Notes: a model not told the origin generated them from the sequence alone. Shown: positions 12,591 through 26,700, numbered from the stretch's first letter. The stretch is 64,000 nt of DNA from Marsupella aquatica (GCA_973895155.1 OZ316894.1:8022234-8086233); one strand, 5' to 3'. Numbers and translations are program-made.

Positions 12591-12768
12591 CGAACTAAAC
12601 CGTAGAACGAGGTTTCGCCTCCCGTGTAAACCGTGACTATGAGGCTCTGCAATGTGAAGTATGTAGGGGAACGCGACACAAACGAGGACTTCTTCTTCGG
12701 TAAAGAACGCTATTAAAATCTGTGCGGCATCTGTCTTCTCAATTTACTCGGCTCGCGCGCTCCGCACT

Positions 12769-12899
12769 TGGGCCTTGACGGTTGTGGAGGAGGAGCATCC
12801 GTGGAAGAGTTCTCAAACCTGGTGCTGTCGATGACACACAGGAACCCTAAACCCTCTGACGTCTAGGTGAAGCCCAGTAGGTCACGCTACCCTAAACCC
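12769..12899 (+). promoter_or_regulatory. Site II (TGGGCC/AGCCCA) and telo-box-like (AACCCTAA) motifs upstream of PET117
   Basis: TGGGCC at 12769, AACCCTAAACCCT at 12843, AGCCCA at 12871, ACCCTAAACCC at 12889. This motif pairing is known from plant genes for mitochondrial/respiratory and translation proteins. Confidence 0.45.
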
Positions 12900-13074
12900 A
12901 GTCGCAGAATCGTAGTAGCGCAGAGCAGAGCAATCGCTTAGTCAAAAACCAAGTGAAGGAGAATTCATGTGACGGGACAGATCATTTTTGAATGTGCATT
13001 ATTATTGCTTAGGTGGTACCACTGTACAGCTGAGCATGAGCACAACTAGCAGAGGAGAGAGGAGTGTAGCGAGA

Positions 13075-13305
13075 ATGGCGGGCGGGCGGAAGAAAGGAGT
13101 GGCGCTCGTTTTTCTGGGCGTGGTAGTGATCGGCACAGGGGCGGGAATCCTACAAATCCATCGCGAGCAGAAGCAGGAGCGGCAAAATCTGCACGCTGGA
13201 GTGATCAGAGATCAACAATTGCTAGTTCTGAAGCTCCAACAACAACAGCAGCAGCGGCTGCTGGAGGAGCAGGACCTCATCCCTGCTTCTTCTAAGTCAC
13301 CTTAA
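13075..13305 (+). CDS. PET117: PET117-family cytochrome c oxidase assembly factor
   Basis: Small protein with one N-terminal hydrophobic helix followed by IHREQKQERQNLHAGVIRD, matching the PET117 pattern (H..Q..ER..LH.GV.RD). An alternative in-frame ATG is at 13036. There is a C-terminal poly-Q. Confidence 0.8.
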   Translation: MAGGRKKGVALVFLGVVVIGTGAGILQIHREQKQERQNLHAGVIRDQQLLVLKLQQQQQQRLLEEQDLIPASSKSP

Positions 13306-14620
13306 AGATTGATTCGGGCGTTTGTCGTTGAATTCGCCCAATTCATCCTTTCATTCTCTATATCATGCAAGACAACCGATCGTTATAGAACACAGGACTG
13401 CATTTTGGGGGTCGCTCATATTTATAATTGATCCATTCGTTTATTTGAATGAAACCATTTTATTTTGTTCCATAGTGAACTACTTAACAGCGACGAGGAC
13501 GATTGTGCTGTATCGGAGATCACGTTGGTTGTCGGTCCAGTGCGTGCGGTTCAGGTGTTGGTCCTTCTCACTTTCAGCGAGTTACCTCTCAGCGGAAACA
13601 ACCACCCTTTTGAGACAAAGGTTTCAGCTTCCGAAGAGGGTTCAGGATTTCTGCGTATTATTGGTTTCTCCAACATGTGGAATTTTATACGAAGGACCAG
13701 CTACTGACCCCGGATGGACATCAGAATTGATCCTACAAGAAAGATTCTTATAATGGTCTTGGGTGACTTCTAGGGCTTGTGACAACAGCCTAAAATCCAC
13801 ACAAGTGCCACCAAATCCTCAACTTTCCTCATGGTTTTGTGTTTCCGGTGACAATCTTGCAGAAATAGGCAGCATTCCAACAGCTGCAACGATTTTATAT
13901 GATCTTAGCTTTCCCCTGGTGATGTAAGTTTCTCATGAACATCTCGTTTTGGATCCTAGTTCAGTGTCTTGAATGCATTTTGATCGTTCTGATCCTTTCG
14001 GAAATCTCTTCAGTTCTCTCTACCTTCATTCAAGTCCTGATCCTGCAAGACTCCTCGTGGGATGCTGTTGGATCATCCATGGTCACAGAGTGTTGGGCTT
14101 TGCTTTTGGCAGATTTTCTTGTTTCTCGTCATCAGGATGAATGAATGAATGAACGGTTTTGAAGGTCAAGCCTCTCATGGGAGCACCATGTGGAAACAGA
14201 AGATCCATGTGGAAGATAGTTCTGCTTGTCATCACCAGTAAAGCGAAGTGGTATGAATGTCGCTAAGGCACATTTCGGGCATACAAACGCTGCTTAAGAT
14301 CCCTTTGTTCTGAAAAAGTCCTGGAATTTTGCAATTCTGGACGAATAGACTTGAACAACATTTACAAATGCAAGAGACCTCTGTTGAGCAACGCAAGATT
14401 GGCATCTCTTGTTGAGATTCTGTCCACTGGATCAGCAAACCTGGTGATTACTTACATGACACAATTAATTAGTTGTACACCGTTTTGGCAAAAGAGGACA
14501 AAGGTGAAGAGAAATCATAGAAATCATGTACACGTCAGACCTCGTGTCTCATTAAGTTTCCGCCAACCTGGCCTTTTGCAAACGAATCTGCTATAAAGAT
14601 GTTCTACCTCAAGGTTTTGC

Positions 14621-14902
14621 ACATGGTGAGCATTGTAGCAGCAGCCGGCTGAAAGTTGTGATGTAATCCTTCCAGAGTACCTCTATGGGCAGGACTCCAT
14701 TTCTTTCCTCACCTTGACAAAGTGTTTAGTTAGCACTGCCTCGTGTATTGCATGTTTGACACATGGTGAGCATTGTAGCAGCAGGCGGATGAAAGTTGTG
14801 ATTTAATCCTTCCAGAGTACCTCTATAGAGCAGGGCTCCCTTTCTTCTCCTCACCTTGATGAAGTGTTTAGTTAGCACTGCCTCATGTAGTGCATGTTTG
14901 AC
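14621..14902. repeat. Tandem duplication, 2 x ~140 bp
   Basis: acatggtgagcattgtagcagcag...gttagcactgcctc.tgta.tgcatgtttgac occurs at 14621-14760 and 14761-14902. Confidence 0.93.
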
Positions 14903-17034
14903 GAAACAAGTTTTTACTTGTGGATCTACACGTTCTCTGTTTCAAACTTCAATTTAATAGCCGATGTGCTTGGTTCACAAGAGCACAGCCTGCTATATGA
15001 AGCATTGCAACACACTCTAGTTGCGCAGTTTTGGAACACTAGCCCAATGCCCCCCGTGCATTGCACAGTAGTTGTTTTGGCTGTGTTCTTGTTGTGGTCA
15101 GGTTGTCTATGCAGAAGTGCTGCCATTACACAATTTTTGTTGTGTCGTTGTTGTACAAGTGTTGTTGGCATAGAAAGTGCGTTGTTGTCTAAAGTTTGTC
15201 CTCGTGTAAATTTTACCATTACATAAATTTTGAGTTGTCTATGGTGCAGATGAGCACAAGTCTAAATTAGAGGATAGAAGGCAGAATGGGTAGGGAAACC
15301 ACACCTGCCACTATAAAAGCCCCATTCCATGTCTCACTACTCACCATAAAGGGTGGAAACACTCAGCACCTTTCTTATGGAGCACTTGCCAAATAAAGGT
15401 TTTACACTCACCACCTTTTGTGGAGCTCAAAGCCCGTTCGTGAAGGAAAGGAAGGGTGGAGGGAAGGAAAGTTTAGGGGGGGTTTGTGGGGAGACCTATG
15501 GCAAGTCAGAGTTGGAGTGAGATGGAGAAGCAGGCTAACTCACCAAACTCACCACCTTTTGTGGAGAGGAAAGGGGGGCGGGAGAGGTCTCCCCACAACT
15601 GCCCCTATTAAGGGCTACGGGTTACCCTTAACTCTCATTGTGTAAAGGGTGCAGATTCCACCCACCCTCCTCCCCCCCCCCCCTTCCTGTTGTGTTCACT
15701 TTACTTTCCTTCCCTCCACCCTACTCCCTTCTTACACTTTAATTCCCTCCTCGGTTGAGGATAGAAAAATGGAAAATCAGGTGTGCAAGGTGGTGTGATG
15801 TGGAATGCATTGTTTGACAAAAGATTGTGGGCAAATTTGTGGCAGGCACCAATTTGCTGGAAAAAAAAATTATCGGGGAGGACTGTAAAAGAATATATTG
15901 CAGCAAAAAGACCTTATGTAAACACAAGAATATGCAGGGTATGCAAAGAAAAATAAAATAGAAGGACAAAGATAAGTAAACTGGGACTGGGGGCCAAAAA
16001 GAAGCAATGTGGAAGGCTAAATCATCCGGACCATATTAATTTGCCCCACCCCAAAAAGGAAAAAGAAAAACCACCCCACCTCAAAACAGCAGGCAAGGGA
16101 CATTGGCACCCTGGATTGATCCCAATTCCAAAAGAAAAATAAAAACCAAAACACACTTCCCCCTTCCCTCTAACACTGTTGAAAAAGGAGAGGGAAAACA
16201 GCAAGGGAAATTTTAATTATAAAAAACAAACCCCCAAAATCAAAATTCCACTCTTGTCTAAGAGCACAAATCTCTTATGCTCCTCTGTACCAGGTAAGAT
16301 ACTGATCAAAGGATTCTTTGGTCACAAGAAGATTGACATACTCCCTCTATTCCTGCCCCATAGTTTTGTGTTTTAACTTCTGCGACAGTCGTGAGTTCTC
16401 GTAAAAAGTGCATGCATTCTCTCTTTCTAAAATTGGAACTTGTACTCTTGGGTCAGTCAATGAAGTGAGCAAAGGAAATGAACAAATTTGTGAAATGAAC
16501 CAAGTATCTAAGTAAAAGTGATGTTTTAAGATTATTCATCATGGTGATGAACTTTTTTCAATGTTTTGGGATTGAGTAGGAGCAAGAAAACCGAAAATTC
16601 TTTTTGCTTGACTTGTTGGAATTCCATATCCTTGTACTGCACAAATATCTTCTAAATACTTTAATAAATGTATTGCCCTTTGTAAATTCCTTTATAGATA
16701 ACACACTATAGTATCTAATCCCGCCCATTCTGGTCAATTGTCTAAATGCCATCTGGCAGGAAGAATCCCGGCTGCCTGTTTGATGAAAAAGTAGTATTTT
16801 GTCATTGGTGGATCGGCTAACAACACCTCCTTGCCCGCCCTCTACCTCGCCATATGTGTCTCACCCTCACCCTTTGCACCTTTCCTCACCCTTCATGCCT
16901 TGTCCTCACCCCTCACTAATCATGGAATGCTAGTTTTCTACAAGTCAGCATTGCGTGAATGAAATAAAGCAATGGTACGGTACATTACTGGACTTACTTC
17001 CAACAGTAATTAAAGTACATTACTTACTTTACTG

Positions 17035-17213
17035 GAGGTGTTTGCTTGATCGACCCCCAAAATGAAACTTGTTACTTGATCGACCCCCTGAGGTCTATCA
17101 ACGGTCCAGATCTGAGATAGAAAGGTCCATCAACGGTCCAGATTGGGGAAAAGTATTGAGAGGGTTGATTAAACAAACTTTTTCCATAAGGGGGTTTACT
17201 AAGCATATCTCTC
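17035..17213. mobile_element. Mutator-like MITE (179 bp) with 10-bp TSD
   Basis: A direct repeat TACTTTACTG flanks the element (17025-17034 and 17214-17223). Imperfect TIRs are GAGGTGTTTGCTTGATCGACCCCC and GGGGGTTTACTAAGCATATCTCTC, with an inner inverted pair as well. G...C termini and a 9-11 bp TSD are typical of MULEs. Confidence 0.8.
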
Positions 17214-17231
17214 TACTTTACTGTAACATAG

Positions 17232-17349
17232 TAATGGGATTTGGCGTGGTCAATAAGTACAGTAGTACTGTAAAACCACCTTTAACACAATAATGTAATT
17301 TGGCGTGGTCAATAAGTACAGTAGTACTGTAAAACCACCTTTAAAGCAA
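17232..17349. repeat. Tandem duplication, 2 x 59 bp, in the SCD1 promoter
   Basis: taatg..atttggcgtggtcaataagtacagtagtactgtaaaaccacctttaa..caa occurs at 17232-17290 and 17291-17349. Confidence 0.95.
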
Positions 17350-17714
17350 AGGAAGGGAATTGCTTGCCACTTTCTTCACACAGGGGACTGGACTGTGTTC
17401 TTAGTGTAATCAAAATTGTCGATGGATTCTGCCGAAAGTTGGACGCATTCGCATCGAGTTGTCGAAATGTAGAAGTCAGCTACTGCACAGGATCGGAAGA
17501 TCGTCGGGCACGATGATTGTGTTCGAGCTACGAGCATTGGCGGAGGAAGAGGCCAGGGAAACGAAATCAGACGAGGAAATGTAGAAGGATTGCCTGGGGC
17601 CGAGGAATGTCAAGCAAGCAAGCAATCAAGAAACTAAAATCATCGCCGATAGCTTTCTGATTGATCGGAGCAGCTCGGAACATCCGATTTTGTGGTGTCG
17701 TAGCAGGACTCGAA

Positions 17715-20700
17715 ATGACGAAGGCTCAAGCCCGGGTGGTGGAGTACTTTGTCGTGTGTGGATTAGGTCCAGATCTACAAACTACCGATGGCCAGAGGGG
17801 ATTTCAAGGCACCTCCGGTGCCATGTACCAGCCTGCACTGCTCGACCAATTTCCTCCAACTTCGTCTTCCGACATCCCCCCTCCTCCCCCGCAACTCCCT
17901 CTGGTACATTACTGAATTTCTCATTGCCGTGCTGTGCTATTGTGCCTCGAGGAACTTGCAATGAATGAATATAAGATTTGTGGTGGAATTCGACATTACT
18001 TTCCAGTTAACCTTACTTGAGCTCTAATGACATTATAGTTGATGAGGCATTCGGACTCTGTTGCTCTATGGCAAGGTGTTCGGTCTTGCCTGGAGGAATT
18101 TGTAACGAATGAATCACTTTGGCTCTGTGGGGAATTTTCATAACTAGACATTTGTTTCGAGCTCACTGTGCTCTATCGACAATGTCATAATTGTTGATGA
18201 CGCATTAGGACTGTGTGCTTTATGGCAAGGTGTGGTTTCTGATGTTGAGTTGAGTGTACAAAGCAAATTTCGTGGGACATGACTTGAAGATTTCATCCAA
18301 TGCTCTATGCAGTGTGTACTACCTGGTGGAGTTGAGTTTTACTCCGAAGGGCCCAGAGCCGAAGATGAAGCCAGCCATCCACGTAGTTATCCAATTGTTT
18401 TGACAGGTAAATTTCATCTTCCCTCCACTCACTCGGGTGCCTTCGGTTTCAGGTGTAGTTAAACTTGCAGCTAGTTGCGGAGTGACTACTTGGAGCTGCT
18501 TTCACTTTTCTGTCAAAGCAAAATAGAGTTCATTCCACTTAGAATGGAAACTCTACTTTCTGAAGTTGGTAGGTTGTTTCTGTGAACTATAATACGAAGA
18601 GCACCAATTGATGTCAGTTTTCGAGATATTTTTATTTACCCAAAAAAATCGTGAAATTGTTGCCCTGTCGGGCCAGATGGCGACGGCTCCAAAATCTATG
18701 TTAGCTGTGTGGCATTTCGGGATCCTGTCGACGATGATGTGGCTCAGGCGTATAAGATCCCAGCGAATTCATATGTGGACAAGTGCATATGCGTAGTTTC
18801 ACACTCACCTTCTTTCGACGTCTTTCGTGAAGCTTTAGAGGAGTTGCACCGCCTCTGCTTCTCTCCATCTGGCTGCAGGTATGGGCCAGACCCTTGAATG
18901 CTTGACTTACGCTAAATTCGACTACCCTTCGCCCAGTAAATGCAAATTTCAAGTGGAATTGCTGAGTTGTACCAGTTTTCCTTTTGTATTGATGGCATTA
19001 TATAGTAATCTATGTGGCTGTCCTAGTCTATCTAACATCTCTCCTATGCAGCAAGCCTCTTTGGGACATTGTAGCCCACATGGTACTCGCTGTGCCTTTG
19101 CCCGGTCCTGGAAATGGACAGGTTTTATTTGCGGTGGAAAACTTTCTCCTGAGCGTGGAAGCACCACCGAGAAGTGGCCTTCCTTATGCTGCTGTGAGTG
19201 TCCCCAGTGAATGCCGTCATGAGACAGTACGGGCATGTTCTGTTCTTTCTGCTTTTAACAAGTTCAGGAGTGCCCACACTTCTGGTCTGCTTTTGGCGTT
19301 TTTCTTTCCTCTTAAACCTCTGACTTGTAGTGCTCGTCTTGGTTCCAGATGTCTTTCCAACCGCTTGTTCAATGTCTTGACATTGATAATGTTATCCGTT
19401 TGTTCACTGCTGTATTACTAGAACGACGAGTCCTACTCCGGGCTAGCAAGTATGTGGGCACAGAGCATGAATTTTGAGGGGGAACATACTTGTGTACTTT
19501 GGCTCTAGAAAGGTCATAGCAAGTGTGGCACGTGAACAAGTTTTAACAAGTTGAACCCTTTTAACAAGTTCAGGAGACCACTCTGGTAGCTAGTGAATGT
19601 GGCCTTGGTGATGTTTGATCTCCTTTCTGATAATGCACATATTTATGGTCTCAGTCTTTCAATTCTTTTTACCTTGCAGGTATTCTGTGCTGACAATGGT
19701 GGCTGAGGCCTTAACTCACCTCATCTATCCTATCAAGTGGCAGGTGGGATTTGTCAGCAACGTATAACTGCATGTGTTGTTTTTTGAAAGCTTTACGGCT
19801 TGCTGAATCTGAGATTTCTTAAAGTAGGCTGTACTGACCTCTCTCAGGCCCTGTGCGATCCTGGTGGGTGCAGCACGTTTATATTCCAGTCCTTTTCTAT
19901 GCTGGCGTAGACTACATCGATGCTCCAACACCCTACTTAATGGGCCTTCAGTCAGGTGTCGATACGTCAACACTAACCATGGATGGTGTAAGTTCAACAT
20001 CTCCTTCCTCTTCATGCAGTTCAATGTCTACGTGAGAGGGATATCCTTCTGTAGGAGAGACACAGACTCGCTTTGTAGCTTTCTAAACTTTATAGACGTT
20101 TGGGAGCCTGTACAAATGTCGGAGTTATCGAACACCCATTCAGGATCGACGTTGATTGTGAAGGAATTGAAGGCACAATTCAATTACCCACGAGTCACGA
20201 TTCCAATTTTTGTTTTCCTGTTTCCTGTTTGGGCTTTCGTTTTGTTTTTGTTTTTGTTTTTGGTTTTTGTTTTTGGTTTTTTTTCTTTTTCGTTTTATTG
20301 TTTGGCCATATTCTAACTTTTGCGAACTAGAGATATTGAAATAGGTTGAGAGCAGTTTCGGCTTTATTATGCATGCCAGCTGATTTAGGAGAAGGGTTGT
20401 GTCATTCAGAAATAGAGGATTGTGGCTAGAGTTCCTGGTTTTTAAGTACAGTCTATTCAGCTCATCACGAGTCAGACACCTTGGCAGACATTTACCACCC
20501 TGCTATGTCATTCCTGAGATTAACTGAATTTATTCTTGCCATAGGTTTGATCACAAATTTACTGTTCAAACATCTAGAGAGCTAACCGTTACATTGTACT
20601 GCATTGTTTTCCAGGTTGTGGATGTTGATTTGGACTCAAACGAGGTCAAATGTTTGGACGATCCTCTTCCAGAGATACCAGAACCCGAATTAGGAAGGCT

Positions 20701-23700
20701 ACGCATGGACATCCAGCAGCTCGTACATCCAAATTTAGTTCATCTAGATAGAGCTCGTACAAGCTACAGTGCAGCTCACGATGACTATGTCAGAATCTTT
20801 TCTAAACCATGGAACAAAGAACATGATCGTGAATTGAGGTCCATAGTCCATAACCCGCCAGTGTGTGATACTCTCCTGCGGTGTTCGATATTCCAGGCGG
20901 TGCTTTGAGTTTGTTCCGTTCCAGCTGCCTGCTTAGATCTAATTTTTGGTGGGCAATAAGTTGGAATTTATTTTAATGTACCTGGAACTGGCCCTTTATA
21001 GTCCTGGAGTAGCTGCTAGTCAGTGTGATTCAGTAACTATAGAAGTTTGTTGAGCATGGAGGTCAGTTCGAAAAGATGATGGCATTCCTTGTCCCTATCT
21101 CTAGGGCTTTTGATCAGACAATTCTAAGGGAGTTCTTTCACAATGTAAAGGGAGCTCTTCATCGTGCCCCTTTGGGAGCCAGTGGACTTTAAAATGAACG
21201 ATTTGAAAATCAGTAATTGTTTCAACCGTTGCAACTCACAGAATGTCCATGACCTCTACAGGATGATATTTCTGAAGTTCTTCGCCACCATCTTATATGG
21301 ATATCGCGATTTTGTGGTAAGGATGGCTTAGGATTACATTGGCATGTTATCAAACAGTGATTTGCCTTGTCACAAAAGTAGTGGGGTCCATGACCAGATA
21401 GTTGTGTCGTGGTTAGACGCTGGGGGATTCACCCAAAGGTGTCCTTGAGGTTCCTTATGTAATGGTGTGGTGATAAGTCATTGCTAGTTCACTCATCTCA
21501 ATGCCGTCTGTCTTTGCAGGATCATTCGCCTGGATCTGCCAGTGTCTTCAACACTCAAGCTTTTTCAAAGAAGAGGTCAAGGATGACCAGCCGAGAAACT
21601 GATCCAATGGTAGAAACCCTTATTACGTCTATGTTACCTCGGTTCTGTGGCTCGGTTCAACTTTAGAAAGCCTCTGTAGTGGCGTATATTTTCTGGTTTA
21701 TTCATAGCTATAAGCTTTGATCTCATCGGTACAAAATTTGTTCTGCAAAGTGCGCTGAGATGACTGTGTTCGGAGTCAGCATGATGATTTTACTTGTCCA
21801 TGATGTATTGAGGTCTTCAAGCTCATTAGCTCAGAGTTTATCGCGAAGGGTTCTCTGTAGCTAAGGCTGTCCGCATGTCTTACTATTCCCCAGGTTGTTG
21901 AGTTTCTAAGCTCCCAGGGCTTTATGGAGTTTCTTGAAAGAGGTTATGGAGCGGCAGATGCTGGGCCTAATCTGGTTGATAAAGTACAAGAAGCAATGGG
22001 CCGAGGCGATAACCTTTCAACGGTAATTTCAGAGCCTCTAAGTGAGCCTGAAATTTTCACAGTATCAGACTCCGAAAGCCGTACCTCAGGTTGCTATGGT
22101 TCTTCTACTCGTCAAATCAATCAAGAAACTCAAAGACTGAACGTCATTAGCCTTTGTGCTGTTTCGACTGTTTTCTTGCAGGTCATTTGAGCAGCTGTTC
22201 TTCTACTAGTATGTAGTGGTTTCCCCCGCTTGTCATGAGGATAGTGTCATAGCATTGAGGCCTTTCGTTATGATCCTTTCTTCTTAATTTGGAGGATGTC
22301 CACCATCCATGGATTGTTTTTTCCATTGCTATAGCGCTGCCACTGTAATCTGGTATATGGTTGGTCTCACGAAATCGGAAGCCATCTGTGTGTTGAAGGC
22401 CTGCTATTGATTACGATACTCAAATTTAGTGTTCTCATATCTTTGTTATTGGTCGTTTGCAGCGTCAAGGTCAAAGCACCGGTACGACCGTTTTCCTGCT
22501 AGCGTGAGAACACCAGCACAAGAGGAGGCCCGAAAGGCCATTCTAGCTGCTGCTAATGCCAATTTTGATCACCCTTCAAGGGCGTCAATGCCATACAATG
22601 GTCAAAGGTGGGGACCTATTCGCTCTAATTATCGATAAATTGTAATAAATTTTGAAGCAGTCGAGGACGAATATTGGAAGTTCGAATACAAGTGAGCAAA
22701 GTTGGAAACCCGTGAACATCAAGCCCAGCAGGAACCTTATTGACTCTTGTGATGCATTCTGATCTCCAGCTATGGTAATGACGCGGAATCAGCAGCTCAG
22801 AAGTTTGCACATCTGGCCCCCGCCGAAAGAGCTGTAAGTCATATCTGCCCTTCAAAGGTATATAGGTGAATTGTAAGGTCCACAGGTCTCATTAAGGGAA
22901 ATGAAAAAAAACATGCAGCCTGTGACTTTCTTTCAGATTGGGTTTTGTTCTGCAAATACAACTGGCGGTTTTACAGTTAGCTGCCTTTGATGATTGAAGT
23001 ACAAATCTTGCTGTAAACATTTGCTTCATTCCATGCCAAATTGTACAGGCGGAGAGAGAACGAATGGTACTTGACATAAAGGTTAAGCTGCAGGTACGGA
23101 GAAATTTTCTTATTTTGGTTTCAAACGCTCATGCAATTCGTTTTTAACTTACTCCAAGAACCTTCTATGATATTTGCATGACAGGCGTTATTTCTATGAT
23201 CTAGTCCAGTGAGTGCAGCGACAATAACTTGCCATTTTTTTTTCCTAAAGTATTTGGTCGAACGCCCCAGCATCCTGTGAAAGTTTTGTTTATGCTTATC
23301 ATCTTGTGAGCCATTCATAATTTCTCTTGTAAATCGGTTTATATATCACGCATCTTTGTTGCAGGGATTGTGGCGAAGGCTTCTATTACTGGGCCCAATA
23401 GATGACCCACTCTCATCGTCAGAGTATGGCACTATTCTTGGTAAGTATCTTTATTGATGGCCAGTAAGCCCTTTCGATACTGCCTTGCATCTGCTAGGAG
23501 ATCTTAGAATGGATCCGTTGAGTACTTTTTTTTGCCACGCCTCCTTTACTAAGTTTCGCTTCGAACCAGTAGGTTATTGATGGTCGTCCAACACACGTTC
23601 ACTAACTTTGGCCACACATTTGATTTGTCGCAGCATTGATTGAGTCAGATGCTGAAGGTATCGGTGGAAGCGGTTTTGTTGAATGCATAAGAGAGCACAT

Positions 23701-26700
23701 TCATACGGTACATTTTAACTTATAAGGCCATATGGATTGTATCCTCTCTCTAGTATTAGATATATTGTAGCAGAGAAGAAAACAAAGTCTGATAATCTGT
23801 GCAAGTATGTTGACTTTACGTGGATAACTTTACATATTAGGAAGTTAACAAAGTCGAGGCAATCATTATGGTACAATGTGTTTGAACCAATCTGGCAATG
23901 TAGGCGTGAACCTGTCACTCAGCAGCTGGACCGAATGTACTATTATTTTTAATTCTCGACCCAATGAAATATGCCAGATTTGGCATGCTAGTATATTGGC
24001 TGTCCCAACAAGTGGCAAAAGATAGTTTTGAGTTTAATGTTACTCTTACATGTCGTCTTTCTTACACGTCATACTGTACTGGGGTTGCAGGGTTGGAATT
24101 GTACACTTTCGGAGGAACAGTTCATTGCCGTGAAAGAACTGGTACTGCTGTCAGTCAACCTCCTGTGGAAATTTTTGTACTATTGTGACCACTATTTGGC
24201 TGTAGCCTGTTGTGGTGTATACCATGGTTGGATTTTGGAGATGAAATTAGCAACCGAGATGACGGGTTGGACTATGGCTTGTGTGGCGCAGATCAAAACA
24301 ACTGTAAGCAGAGCCACTTCCCGGAATGACATGGATACTGTACGGGATGCCCTGGAGATAGCGTTCCAGGTTCATCGCAAGGATATTAGTGGTGTCTCTG
24401 ATAATATTCAACGTCATCTTGAGGCTTTGCCTGTCTGGGATGAATTCCGGTTCGTGCTTGCACACTTTAATGACATCTGTCAATGCTCCTTTGGTTATAA
24501 GTGGTCATATTTGGAGATGATCCTTGTCGCGGTATGGAGTTTTGCTCTGCTAATAAGGTTTACTACAATGTGGTCCTTTTCAGATTCTGGGAGGGTTACT
24601 TCGATATCATCCTGGAGCGGGCTGAGCAGCAGTAAGTTTTATTGAGTTGGATATAGATGCCGGTCCTGTATACGTTATCATGGATTGGGCGGATCAAAGC
24701 AAGTTCTAAGGAACCAGTAGTCATCTTTCTGAAGCATTATGTTTTGCATTTGGTTGCCTCAGGACAGGTAGTAATTTCCAGAATTATGCATCGCTGGTGA
24801 CAGACCAGCTAATTGTCTTGTCGCAGCATATGGTAAGATGTTTTATTTCTCTGCGTTTGTTCTGATTCCAGACCATAAGTCAAACCTGAAGTGTGATCTT
24901 GCATGTTTTTTTTTACGTAGTATCGGCGGAAATTTAACAGGAGTTCTAGATGCGGGCTGAGTTTTGGGCCTAGTTTGATATTGCTGTGATAGTGAAGGTG
25001 ATGACAAGATAGAGCTACTAAAGTTGTTGGAGTCCCCCTGTTTGTTGTGCATTTTCTGTAACTTGCCATTGGCTCACGTTTTGTGCTGTTACCGTCTTTC
25101 CAGGCAGGCTTGGGATTGCCAGATCCAGAAGCCTGGTTCATTCTGGAGGAACTTGCTCAGAAGAACAACCTTGGTTCAAAGCAGTTGGTATGTGATTGTG
25201 AACATTTGTTTTCTATATCAGAGATCTAAAGTCATCAGCTTACTGTAGGATCGTCACCTCCGATGGACGCAAATTCCCCCAACGCCACCTGATATGAAGA
25301 AGGCCTTAAAAACATTTTCAAAAAGTACACTGCATTGTCGTACCCAGAATGTTCAATTGACACAACTTATGTAATACATTATTGATGGGATTAAGTCTAT
25401 GAATGACGCATGTTTCTGCTTTCATTGCAGATCAAACTCAGGGGCATATTGGCTCACATGGAACTGCTTAAGGAACAATACTGGGGGACTTCAAATGCTG
25501 GCGCACAGAGGGCTTCTACGGCATCAAGCTTGCAGGCTCCAGCGCTGGATCGGAAGGACAGTATCCCACAAGCATCTGAGGCTGCTGGCATTGGCCGTAG
25601 CTGGGTCCAAAGTATGTTCAGTAGGGAACGAGCACAATTGGCAGGACGTGCCAGGGGTGGCCCTGTCACGGGTAGGGTTTCCTCCTTCTAATAAATGACG
25701 TGACTCTCGTTGGGCTCTTCTTCTCTGAAGCAATTATTTTGCAGAAGCATCTTACGTTGAATTCTTTACATACTTTGTGCTTTTGATAGTTCCGTCGTGT
25801 TTGTTAGACCGAAACAGGAAATTAGACTGACCGATGAGACGATATCGGGAAGACTATTGAAATTCTGGACTTGCCCTGTTTAGGTGCCAATGAACCTGCT
25901 AGGAATTCTCAACAACTTAGCGCTGATATCTCTGGACCTAGAAAAACCTCATCGGGTATGAGGATTTTAAGAGGCCACAAGGCTGCCATTACTGCCTTAC
26001 ATCCTGGAACTCAAAGTGAAGTTGGAGAAATAATCGGAGATTTTGAAGAATCAGGTTATTTCGTGAGTGGATCAGCGGACTGCACAGTACGTTGCCCATC
26101 ACCCGATTTAGAAATGCTTTCCTCTTAAACAATAACAGCAGTAGTGGTTTATAAGACATGAGTAGTTCCTAAGTTTACTTCAACTATAAATTTCGTGCAT
26201 TTATAGAGATACAGGTAATTAGCGAAGTCATGAAGATGTGAGATGTTTCTGCTTCCATTCGTTTTATTCTATCCTCATTCGTTTGTCCCAGGATCCAGAG
26301 TCAACGAATCCAGTGTCTTACAAAACTGATAATGAGTCATTTTTGCAGGTGAAACTATGGGATCCATCGATTCGCGGCAGTGAACTGAGAGCCACATTTC
26401 AAGGCCACAATGGGTAAATGTGTGACCTATTACACGACGGATTGATTCCTTGAAATTGATTGGTAGTTTTTGTTTATCGTGTTGAGCTTCTGGACCAGCG
26501 AGGCCTCTCTGTGTGAGGTGTACTTTGTCTGGCTTTCACGAACCATCAGTGTAAACGATAGATGAAAGCAGTTAGAACCTATCATCAGTTATTACGAGTG
26601 CTGTCATTATAGCTCACCAAATATGTAGTTCCGAAATCCATGCTGTTCACAATGTCGAGCCCAATGCCAGGCGGGGTAGAATGATGCCTTTTTGTAATTT

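Noticed and set aside
24028-24645. 205-aa ORF as a stand-alone gene
   Set aside because: It is read-through of SCD1 exons 17-18 and stop-free introns.
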